A stretch of DNA of 64,000 bases, taken from Lama glama. Lineage: Eukaryota. Positions 53,160 through 64,000 of the stretch are shown piece by piece (the first letter of the stretch is position 1; the number at the start of each line of letters is the position of its first letter). The notes beneath the pieces were generated by a model. The model searched no databases. It had not been told where the DNA came from and saw only the letters and a list, made by a program, of their open reading frames with translations. Both the position numbers and the translations under genes were made by a program. The stretch covers positions 43,278,001 to 43,342,000 of the forward strand of contig CM052816.1 of NCBI GenBank assembly GCA_028534125.1, read 5' to 3'.

Positions 53160-55866
53160 AAAGTTAGAATCAGAGTCCAGCACAGAGCACAGAGCGACCA
53201 GGGAATTGGGAGGTAAAGGAGGACTTCAAGATGCACTCGCTACGACTTGACCACTGGTCCAGTCTCACCTGAGCCCAGCACTTCCTGCAGGTTTCTGCTC
53301 TTCGCCCCACCAGCCAGCTCAAACAGACTTAACTACTGAGGTGAGACCGACCCTTTCTGCCTCCAGCTAAGGCTAAAGGACAGCTCCTCACAGGGTTGCT
53401 TATTGTCTTTAATTAGAACAAGCTGCCTCTCCCTTCCCACCACCCCCAGCTCCAAAACCAGCGCAGCGTTTACCTCATTCTGCACCTTCTTCTCCAGATG
53501 GGGACAAAGAGCGGTGCCTGAAAGGCTCACCTTGGGCTGACATGACTCCCAGAGCTTCAGCGCAGAGGAAAGCACATCGCTGGGAAAACCTAGCAGGATT
53601 TGAGAAGTCATTCTGAGTTTATGTCTCCTGACAGGCAATTCGAGCTCTCTCTGAGTGGCATAAGACACACATTTCCTTAACAAGCCACGGCCGGTCACAG
53701 AAACTGAATGCTGCCCTCAAAATATAAATAATATAACTTTATTCTTCCCCAGGCAACCGGGTCTTTGATAATTCCTTTGGCTGAAGAAAAGTCAAAGGTA
53801 GACAGCCAGGATGCTGCCAAATATCCCTGTTAGTTTGTAGCTTAAAGGGGAAAACAGCACTTTTCCCATCTTTGGGGTTTGAATGAGGTTCCCTAATTAT
53901 ATGAATAGTCTGTGGAACTGGGCTAACAAAACAGCTTCTGAGACTGATATGAAGAAAGTAAAGAACAATTTGCTGGTTTCTGTATAGGCAAGAACCCCAT
54001 GTTTTTCTTTTAAACCAGTTGATCTGAATTCAAAAGACTAAGGGGTCCATCTCGGTAATACATACGCTTTCAAAGTACTTCTGTTGAGTCTTTCTGGGAT
54101 TTCACTTTAAGACTGGTGGGGGGAGGAATCCAGTGCACGTTCATGTTAGCCTTAAACTACTCCTAATTTCCTGCTATTGAATATTGTCTTTGTAATAACT
54201 CATTGATTCACATTGTTCTTAGAATACAGAGCCAGAGCTTGTGTTTTCTATTGTTCTGCCCCCTACCCCAACCCCACACATACAAAGTTTCCCAATGAAA
54301 TGTTTTGTAAAGAAAAAAATAATTAAAAAACCAAAAACAAAAACAAAAAACCAAGCAAACAAAAAACCTTAGAAAATGAATATTAAAATATCCCAGTTAA
54401 GTGCTACTCCAATCTCAGGTTTGCTTCTCAGTGAAAACAAGCATAATAGATAGGAAATAACAATTCTCCTTATTTTCTACTCTGCTATTTACCGTGCAAA
54501 ACCACCACACTGAGAATAAAGAGATAATAGGCTCAATGTGCTCATTAAAATATCTCCACAGGTTATAGTAGTTACAGAAAAAAATCCCACAAAAACCATA
54601 ACCCACCCAAAACCCCTAAGCCAATGAAGAGAGGATGTCAGAGCTTATCCAACAATTTACAAAACATCTAAAACATTTCTATGGAACCTCCTTGTCTCCT
54701 TCTGCCTGAAAACATATGTAAAGATCTGAGGGTGGAAAGTGGATACACTTCACACTACCTCTCCTGCCCCTCTTCCTCTCTGAAGTTCAGGGAAGTTCCC
54801 AGGCCAGTCTTGCCTCGGATCACAATAAAATTTTAACTTTTTTGTTGGTGGTGGTGTCTGGTTAAATAGTACATTTCTCCCATCAAGGTCTTCTTAAACA
54901 CAGAAACTTCGCCTAGACAGGGTACCCAGCTGTTTAATTTAACATTGATTTATTGCTTTTAAAAGTAAATTTACACACATGCCAGCAGCGCTCCGTTTTG
55001 TTTCCCCAGACTCTGAGATTTATTTTCTACTTAGCGCTTGTCTGACAAAACAATGTCCTTTAACTTTATTACACATCGATGAGGAAATCTGTCTTATTTT
55101 TGTTCAGATTTATTGCTGTGTTGCTTGTGGGGACTTTTGTGATCCAGAAAGGCTGGGGTCCGAAAATAAATAGAAAATTAAACAGAGTTGCCCACGAAGT
55201 AATAGTCAAAAACTCAGAATATGGCCCAGCATATTCTGACCTGCTGGGGGGTGACTTGGGCTGGAGGATGGTGAGCACAGTTACTCAAGAAGAAAATTAA
55301 TTACTTTAGTGGGTAAATAGCATTTGAAAGCAAAGTGGCCAAACCTGGGTTCTATAAGGTCTCCAAGTTCTTGGTTAAAATGTATTTGGAATTAGAGGGC
55401 AGGGAGGTGCAGCTGCAGGAGCCCCAACCCACGGCTGCCTTACCTCCATGCAGAACTCCCAATTATCACATGTTTGTGATGACTGAGCCCAAGGGAATTA
55501 AGATGGACTTTGAAGCAGCTTTTACGGTACACTTCATCTACATTTGGGTTTTCTTTAGTTCTCATTAAAAGGGCCACTTTCTTCTTTTCATTGATATACT
55601 GTCTTTGTGTCCTTCATTTCACACTCTAAAAAAGTTCTCTCATCAGATCAAGTGCAAAAAAGGAGGGATGACATAATAACCATCATAATCATGATAACAA
55701 CAACAAACAACTGGTACCGTGGGTTTAAATCTTTTTTTTTTTAAAGAGGAAGGTATTCTCATCTATAAGGCATGGTCCAACAACAATTTTTTAAGACCTG
55801 GGGTTGATAATGCAGATAACAAAAGTGTTTCTAAGATTGAATTATAAATACAGGAAGGCTTTAAAA

Positions 55867-55870
<4 letters not shown>

Positions 55871-55922
<52 letters not shown>
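55871..55922. repeat. (GT)26 microsatellite
   Basis: Direct read. Confidence 0.97.
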
Positions 55923-55924
<2 letters not shown>

Positions 55925-56454
55925 CTTTCCTCTCCCAAGCTTATTTCTCAGAGGCATCTAACACCTTAGAGGTGTTCATAAGGACACTCCCTTTTCTAGT
56001 AAGAAGTGAAGATGTGATAGGTTTTGTTATTGGGGTGAGGAAAAACTTGGTAAGATGCTCTCTCTCTTTCCCTCACAAACATATCGTCTTTAACTGAAGA
56101 CCCCCTGTCTGAGAGCTTGACTTACCACTCTGGCCAGTGAGTCCACAAAAACCTGTTAAAATGTTTTCAATAATTTTTACCAACCCAAGAAGATTTCTTA
56201 AAGTTAATGGATCATTCTCTCTTGAAACACATCAAGACACGTTTGCACACGTACTTCCTACCTTAAAAAGAAAGAAAGAAAAAGACAAGAAAAAAGAAAG
56301 ATCTGTCTTTAAAGGGGGGGAGGGGAGTCACTCTGCGAAACCTTGAAAATTCTCCTATTCATATTAGACGCTCCCCTCCTCAGCCCGTTTGCTCTTTGAA
56401 AAGGACTCCTGTCACTCAGAAAAGAGCTATTTCTTCGACCTCCTCCCCATCCAC

Positions 56455-57040
56455 CCACAGCCGGCCCCCCTCAGCCTCGCAGCCAGGCCCCGGCCCACCC
56501 CGCGGCCCTCCCCGCGCACACAGTTTCTTCCAAGTGCTTTTCAAGTAAGAGCTGGAGAGATGAGAGGTGCGGCTTCCCCAACGCGGAGCCAGACAAGTAC
56601 TTCTGTGCTCCTCCCGGAGGAGTGCGGCCCGGCGCAGCCAGCGCGAGGCCGGCCGCGCTTTTTATGCCCGGAAGCCACCCGGCACCCTGGGTCGGCGCCC
56701 CTCCCCGCGGGACCCGCGCCGCGGCGCTCGGGCCTGTCACGTGCCCGCGCCCCGCGCCCCACGGAGCCCTTTGTTCAGCCCCGGGTGCCCACGCGCGGCC
56801 GCAGCGGCTGGGCGGTGCCGCCGAAAGGATGCTCCGGGAGGACTGCGGGGCCGGCCCGGCTCGGCTCGGCCTCCGCTCCCTGGGACGGCCCCCAAACACC
56901 TTGGGCGGACGCCCCGGGCATTGAGCAAATCAAGACTCCCGGCACTTTGGGGGAAGCGGACCCGAGCTACCCCCCAGGTTTCAACCCAAAGGCAACAAAG
57001 GAGGGTGGGGGGCCCAGGGAGGGCGCGCCTCCGCACAGGG
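56455..57040. promoter_or_regulatory. CpG island
   Basis: Very high GC and CpG; GTCACGTG E-box ~56736-56743. Confidence 0.85.
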
Positions 57041-58139
57041 GTGTAACCACTGCACTGACTTCCCTCCTCCTTTCCATTCCGCCTCAGCAGTTTCTGGTCT
57101 TTTTTTCTGCTCTCGTACCCTCTGCCACGCTCAGAGGCTCAGTGGGTGGGAGTGTGTGTGTAAAGGTAGTTGTGTGTGTGTGCAGTTAGGTGGAAATTTC
57201 ATAAGAATTTGCTCGACATTTACAAACTTGCCAGGATGGGGGAGTATGCTCTCGAGTAAATGCACTGGTGGGAGAGTTTAAGCGACTTATTTGGGAGGAA
57301 ATAGGGGGTCAGATTTGGTCTAAGTGGAACATCTGCAAAACATTCAAGCAGCTTATTCAACAAAGAATCTAGCCATTTATTGTAGAAATAATAAAAAGCC
57401 ACTAATGATTATGGTTCCCACCCCTTCCCCCAAAAGGCCAAATCCTAATGAAATAATTCAAAGGTAGGCCTCATTTCCTAATAGTGGAATTAAACAACAA
57501 CAAAAAAGAGCCCAGCTAAACTTTCCAGCTCTGCCTTCTTAAGGGCCTGGGAACCTTGCTGAGAAATTAGGTAAATAAAAGGCAAGTTGGAATTTCTCTT
57601 GAGCTCAGGCTGCAGCGCCTTGATTTGCACAGAGTTATGCCTAGATACACAATTAAATTACAGTAAATTCCTCTTTAAATAATAAAATTTGGAAGACTCT
57701 TCAGAATTCGAAGATGTCTGGGGTTAAGTAGCTTTTAAACCGTCAATTTTAAATGGCTTCTGCAATGAGTACGCTACCTTTAAATCCTAAAACCATTATA
57801 AATATGCTATACATCTGGGTGCCAGTTTATCTCTCCATATTTCTTTTTAAAATGAGAAAAGCATTCATAAAAAGCTACTTGGCACACTTTATTTTCGGAA
57901 AGCAGATGTTAATTTTTTCACGTATCATTTTATGACCAAGTACATGTGTAACGTTGGAAAGCATCCAGAACGCCTCTATTATTTGCTAAATGACTGTTAG
58001 TTGAGGCACATTATCCTCAGCCTAACCACGGTACAGGTTATATCAATAAAGTAAACATCTGTGGGGTTTTTTTTTCAAACCAGGGGGTGGGGGTTTAAAG
58101 AGTTACTCTAAACGAGGGAGGGAAGAAAAAAAGAGTTTG

Positions 58140-59030
58140 GGCAGGAAGAGCACACCTGCGTTGTAGCAAATAGGATATTTATATTGTGCGGTGCAAAACA
58201 AAGTCCCTGAGTCGGGCACTCGGGGATATTTACATGGCGGGAGATAAAGTTGAAAGCCTTTCCTGGTGTGCCAAATGGGATTCTCCCTGTGGCCTTCTGC
58301 GTCGCAAGATAACAGGTACTGAGCACTCCTGGCGGCGTCGGGCCTCCGCCCGCCTCACCACCCCCCCTCCCCGAGCCGGCCCCGGGCCCAGCCCGACTCG
58401 AGCCCGGCGCTCGGGCTCTAGGAATTCCCAGGCACTGCGGAAATTTCAGCGGGGTTCCCAGCCTAGAAATCTGCTCGCGAAGCGTCCTCATTTGCCCTGC
58501 GTCGCTCGAGGACTCCGGCGCCCGGGATAAGCCAGTGGCGTGATAATTAATGGAATACAATATTTATGGTCGGATGTATTGACTCTGAGGCAAGCGCGCC
58601 GTGTAGACAGTCCGTGGGGGTCTGACAAACAGGGGGTGAGTGAACAAGCATAATGACCGCAGCACTTCTGTCTATCCGGTTTACTCACTTAAACCCGAGG
58701 TATGTAACGTCGTGATAAATATTAACATCCGCCCAGACAGCCCTGCCGTCCTCCTCAGCTCTCCCTTCCCGAGCGCTGCCCTTTTACGAAAAGGCCAGAG
58801 AGGAGGGCTTTTTTTTTTTAACATAAAATGCTGCAAATATGAAAAATAGGTCACCAATAAAATTGGTCTCAGCATGGAGCGTAATTGCAACAAAGTGCCG
58901 CCGAGTAAAATCGAGGAGTGAGCTGGCTGAGGCGGCACAGTCGCGAACCATCTGGTGTGTATTAAAAGTGGTGCTGTAAATATTGCTGAGAGCTAATGCA
59001 TTATCGGCTTCTATAAGTGCACAGGGCCTG
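58140..59030. promoter_or_regulatory. CpG island merging into a homeodomain-motif-rich candidate enhancer
   Basis: CpG-rich; TAATTAAT, TTTATGG, TTTTACGA, CATAAAA, CCAATAAAA, CATCTGG, TGTAAATA within ~450 bp. Confidence 0.75.
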
Positions 59031-59160
59031 TAAGCTTTCCATATGTTAGAATATGTAGATCGGGGGAGAGTAGAGAAAGGTGTCCTATCAATCACCGGCT
59101 TCCAAAGCATTGTTTTGCCTACTCTTCATGGAATTTTGGCCAAAAGTGTAGAATATTGAT

Positions 59161-59313
59161 TCTCATCCTCTCCTCCCCACCCCCTTCCCCTATCCCTCTC
59201 CCTCGGCTCGCTTTTTCTCTCTTTCTCCAGCTCTTTCTCCCAGCTCCCTCCTTCCATCCCCTCCTCCTCGCTCCCTTCTCTCCAAGGGGATAGGACGGGA
59301 ATTGCTGACGTCA
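59161..59313. promoter_or_regulatory. Polypyrimidine tract with adjacent full CRE; candidate promoter
   Basis: ~120 nt almost pure C/T (59161-59283); TGACGTCA at 59306-59313. Confidence 0.45.
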
Positions 59314-62149
59314 CTTCACATCAGTAAAAGAGAGTAACTGTTTCAGAGAGAGGGAGAAAAAATTCATCTGTTTTTCATCAGGGCTAAAGTTTTGCCTTTT
59401 TAATAGAAATGAGCTGCCCAGCCTGAGTACTCCTTCTGTTTTGAAGCTTGGAGGGGTGGTGGTGGAAGAGATTGGGAGGTGTTCTTCATCTCAGGAGCTG
59501 AATCATCCCATAAGTGGTTCTAATGCCAGAATCAACTCAAATAGATGGAACTAATTAAAATAAGATGCAAAGATGTGTCTTCTAGAGAAGATTTCACATC
59601 CACACCTCTTAGGCAACTTTTGCCAAGGAGGGTGGAGGGCTTCTGGCTCCCTGACATCTCTGCTTTGAGTCCTGGAACTTCTTCCCTCCTCACTGGTTCC
59701 TCTTTTCATAATTCCACCCCCCACATACCGAAACCGCCACACACAGCACAGCTAATAATTTTCCTGCTGTCACATTACTTTTCTAGGGAAAACAGTTAAG
59801 AGTCCTCCTTCTCCTGGTGATACCCCACATTCAAGAATTTACTATAATTACCCCTCATCTCCTCTGAGCACCCTCCTCCCATATCTCTCAGCTACAAATT
59901 TTCACTCAAATCTTCTGCAAGGAAATTTCCTTACATTGTGCCACAGATCATTTGCTCTCTCCCAAAGTTGTCCTTGTCTCTTCCATTCTTCCTATTCCAT
60001 GTCATCCTCCCCTTCCCCTTCCTCTCCACCTCTCCCTCTTGTGCACACACAGTACAAACCTCCAGCACTTCCAGTGTGGATAAACTTGCTGGTCATGACA
60101 ACCCGAGTTCAATCAGCAAATAAACAAAACTCTTACTTTTCTTTTGGCTGCCGGCTGCATTCCCCCTCTGGCCGTTGCCTCCTTTAATTATAGGAGCTAT
60201 ATTTCTTCCCTGGGAGACATTCGAGGGGATTTTTAGTTGGAAACTCGTTTCTGCTCAGTTATTTTGGAGCCAGGACCAGTGAGTGAGTGGCCCCGTACCC
60301 AGAGGCTTTGAGTGAAGTGCAGATTGAGACATATCGAGTTCCCTCTAAAAGGATCATTTCATGTGGGAGGTTGGACACAAAGTTTGCACTCGTGACTGGC
60401 ATTCCAGTGAGAGACATGCATATTTTAAAACAACAAAGCAAGCTAGAAAGGAGGCTTAGGGGAGGGGGAAAAACTTGGAAAGAAGTTACTAAGTGACAAA
60501 CATCTGTCAACATGGGATAATTTGTACACTCCAATGTAAAACTATCTGCCTCGTTTGATAGAGTTCAAGGCACTGGATCTAGGAGAGCAGAGTGGATGCC
60601 TATTTACCCCTGTGAGATATGGTTAAGAGACCCCCCCCAATAGGTGTAAGGTGATTAAAGTTGCACAAATGACTATAATTTTTAACTGTTTCTTAGAAGA
60701 GTGTAGGCCTTTAAAATTGCTTATTTCTGATAGTTAATAGAAAATTAGATCCCACTTAATTTTGAAAGATGTGCTTTATTCAAACAACGAAGAGTGATTA
60801 AGTAATAAGCAGGACATTTATTACAGAAAATAAAATGAGCTTTATGATGATAAAAACAAAAGCAAGCAGAAAAAAGAAGAGAAAAAGCTCAGACAACCCC
60901 TGGTTGCTATATGCTAGAAATCTTTAACTACAAGTACCAGTTTTACATGTGTATGTGAGCCAAACATATAAACATCCACCTCGCTGAGTGTCAACAAGGA
61001 GAAATGGCAAAATATTTTCATAGGATTTTCCCTCTCATTTAAGCTTGGAGTTTCAACAAGCATATTACACTTGGAGAAAGAAAATCAAAAAAGTTTCTTT
61101 TTTAGGAGGGAAGTTTTTAAAAGCAGAGTAAGAGATCGGGCAAGATCCTGGGATGTTTTTGGGTTTTCTTTTTTGTTTTTGTTTTGTTTGTATTTTTCAA
61201 TACCCTGAATCTCCAACAACCACATGGAAGTTCAGGACCCAGCTTCCACCCGAGAAATCTTTTTCTCCTCCAGATCTGAAGACAAAAGGAGAGGAGGCCT
61301 GGTGGTGAGCGGGATATCTCTGTTAGTTGTCAGCGCAGGTCCATGGGTTAGGAATGCTAATGAGCCTCTTGGCCAGCTGAAGACTTGGTTCTCTCTCGCA
61401 CACCCTGACGCTCACACACACTCAGGCTCATGCATGCCGACTGACAAGCACAGAGACAGAGGCTCATGCACGACCCTGTGTCTCTCCTTTTTCCTCTGAG
61501 CCCAGAGATCGATCGCTGACCCCACCGTTGGGCCAACGCTTTATTTATCTGGCTGCGCAATGATATTATCAGCCTTAAACGTTATATACAGCAAATGTCT
61601 TCCTAAATCAACACAATAGGATAGCTTGCAGAGACCAGCCTGGTCTGTCTTAAAGAAATCTCCCACTATGTCTCTCTCCCTCCCCTCCCTTACAGACACC
61701 CCTTCGCCTTTCTATCTTTGCAACTGGGGCTGTTTTATACGCTGGACTTGGGGATTTGATCTCTTGCTTTCAGCTTGGTTGGAGGAGGCCTTAGCCGACT
61801 AGGAGATGGATAGACACATTATCCACCCATCACTGTGATCTCCATCAGGGGTTCCCTTGTCAGCCGGATCCAACTGCCTAGACCTACTCTATTCACATGA
61901 TCCGGATTTCTCAAAATTAGGGTAGAAGAGAAGGCGAGGGGTGGCGAATCAAGTGTGCAACCTTGCACCGTGTTAATTGTTTTCTTTCCTCTCAATTACA
62001 TTCATAAACCTATTTTCTGCATTGCATGTTATTTCTTTGTGCTTCAAAATTGAAACCACGTGCAGCCTTCTCCCCTCCGCACACACAATAAATGCGCTGC
62101 CTCCTCCCCCAACCCATCACACAACTATTTACATCTTGGTTACTCACTC

Positions 62150-62530
62150 GGCGCTCCGGCCCGGAGAAGAAATTGGCCCCATGAGACTAGGTGAGGCTTT
62201 GTGAATGCATCTCTCAAATCCGTATCTCGGGCCCCCATCTCCGAAAGAGGCTCCTGGACTCCTCTCTCGGACCTCCTCCCACCCCCTCTTCGCACAGGTG
62301 GTTGTGGCTTACTCTGGGAGAGCTAGCGGGGAGGACATCCAGGGAGAAAGCCAGTTCCGCAGGGTCCGGCCAGGCCCACCCGCTGCCCGCCCCACACCCT
62401 GGCCGGCCGGCCGGCCAGCTGGGGTCAGCGGTGGCAGTGGCGGCGAGCTCGCCTCGGCTGGACCCTGGTCCACGCGCCCTGGGCGCAGCAGAAACCGCGT
62501 AGGGAGCGACCGCTCCCCTGGGAGCATTCC
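62150..62530. promoter_or_regulatory. CpG island
   Basis: High GC and CpG including (GGCC)n tract at ~62401-62416. Confidence 0.75.
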
Positions 62531-63049
62531 AGACCCAGGTCCTCCCAGGCAAAGATGTCCCACCATAAATAAATAAATAATGTCCAAACGGGGGAGGGGG
62601 AGCTGGAAAATGGATTCGCTGACAAGGAGAGATAATAAATGAGAGGCGCTTTCAGATAGATATCTCAGACGTGAAATTGCGCCCAGCTGGTTGTGTAAGC
62701 AAACAAATAGTTTCATGTTAGGAACTCTCAACTTGTGGCTTGATGAATAGAACACGACAGAGGTAAATGGGTCTTTAACTCATTTAGGAATACAACTCTT
62801 TGGCTTTCCAAGTAAAAGGCCCAGTGACGCCACGGAGCCTGAGCAGGCCCTCTAACAAGAGTTTTATTAGTTCCCACTTGTGTCTCCCTGCATACCCTCC
62901 CCACGCTCCTCCATCAAGGTTTCCCACGGCAGAGGCATTCAGGTGATTTGTTTTGAGGAATCCAGGAGCTTATGGAGGTGAGTCTCCCACTGCAAGGGAT
63001 ATAAGTACTGCCTGTAAGCGGAGGAGGAGGAGGAGCATTTTAAAAAATA

Positions 63050-64000
63050 AATTTTGCACGCTCCAAGCAGACGAGCTCAGGTAGGCTTGGATGGAGAGGC
63101 CTCCAGACCCTCAGTGCAACTGAGCGCAGAGCTTGGTGGAGGGGTTCCTAGGAGCGGACTAAGACCCTTGGTGGCTGCCAGAGATCGAGAGTCTGAACTA
63201 TTCCGAGGGGCAAAGTCCCGGAAGCCCAACGTTGTTCTGGCGGCAGGGAGGGAGGCCCTTCTCCATCTCCGTGCTTCCGCCAGGCCCGGTTGCAGGTTGG
63301 GATGTGCGCGTGGGGGCAAAGTTCGTATTTTAACTCCCTTGCGCCAGTCCTTGTCCCTTCCGTGGCAGATAAAGCTCAGCCAGGCTCCCCAGAGATTTCC
63401 AGGGGAGAGCAAGTCCCGAGACAGCCTTTTTGATGTTTTCAGCAAGACTGTGGCTAAAGTAGTTTAAATCGACTTCAAAGCCCCTAAAATTCTAAGTCGC
63501 CCAGCAAGTGTTTGGGTTAGAAATGGAAACGTTTGACTTTCATATGTCACAGGTAATTTCCAGAGAGAAGTCACCTTGTGTGTTCCGCTCTCCAGCTGTT
63601 AAGATGTATTTTCTCTGGCCTTGGGGGGGCCCGTCGATTCTCCCCCGCCCAGTTAGGCCAGCCCTACCCTGCCGAGTCCTTAGTGCTGCGTGCCCCCAGC
63701 TGACTGTCAGGCCTACCCCTTCCTGCCGCCTCATACCCGGGTCCCAGGGCTCCCCCTGGCGCTTGGCTGGAAGGTGGGCTCATTGCTCAGGGGCTTCCGG
63801 GCGGCCACCCAGGCAGAGGAGGCTCCCACCTGCTTCACATGGCCTTCTGCCCAGTGGCTCCTAAGGTCTGAGGAAGCACAGGACACTGAGCGGTGTAGGG
63901 GGCAGCCCAGCCTCGACTGGGGCTGCTCCTCCGCACTGCGAGGAGGCCTCAAGCCGCTCCGCCCTTAGTCCTCTGGCCGCAGCCACTGATCAGCCCAGCT
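63050..64000. promoter_or_regulatory. GC/CpG-elevated region continuing past window end
   Basis: Raised GC and CpG, no interspersed repeats. Confidence 0.5.

Noticed and set aside
56389..57189. 266-aa ORF and overlapping ORFs
   Set aside because: Same GC-island artefact; non-ATG start, all frames similarly open, no homeobox/bHLH/zinc-finger motif
58108..63968. 100-150-aa ORFs in the 58, 62 and 63 kb GC-rich blocks
   Set aside because: Low-complexity GC-driven ORFs without recognisable protein similarity
1..64000. CRISPR arrays, operons, defence systems, tRNA/rRNA genes
   Set aside because: Sequence is mammalian non-coding DNA; no regularly spaced repeats, gene-dense ORFs or structural RNA signatures seen

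Overview
This is mammalian genomic DNA with no supportable host protein-coding gene, RNA gene or CRISPR array. It is probably from a cetartiodactyl, and the young L1 3' ends look camelid-like, but that is recalled and unverified. There are three assembly gaps (26044-26543, 34381-34480, 42329-42828). The left ~39 kb is AT-rich and full of interspersed repeats: L1s of several ages (some with readable target-site duplications or nested insertions), L2, MIR, MLT1- and MER21-like LTRs, and a MER20B-like DNA transposon. The only recognisable protein sequence is a frameshifted L1 ORF2 reverse-transcriptase fragment (26544-27088, minus). The right ~23 kb is almost transposon-free and carries a chain of CpG islands (~41.5, 48.5, 56.5, 58.2, 62.2 and 63-64 kb) with GATA, MEIS/TALE, posterior-HOX, CATCTGG E-box, RFX, CRE and CTCF-like motifs. 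This architecture is typical of the flank of a developmental transcription-factor gene, which may lie just beyond the right end. The island spacing and motif mix suggest the 3' flank of HAND2 (the Handsdown lncRNA region), but only as a hypothesis. The most interesting candidates are cis-regulatory: five TGACAG sites in 76 bp, a paired RFX X-box, a HOX13/CDX-motif island, and a possible spliced lncRNA from the 41.5 kb island. Repeat family names were assigned by eye, and repeat and island boundaries are approximate.
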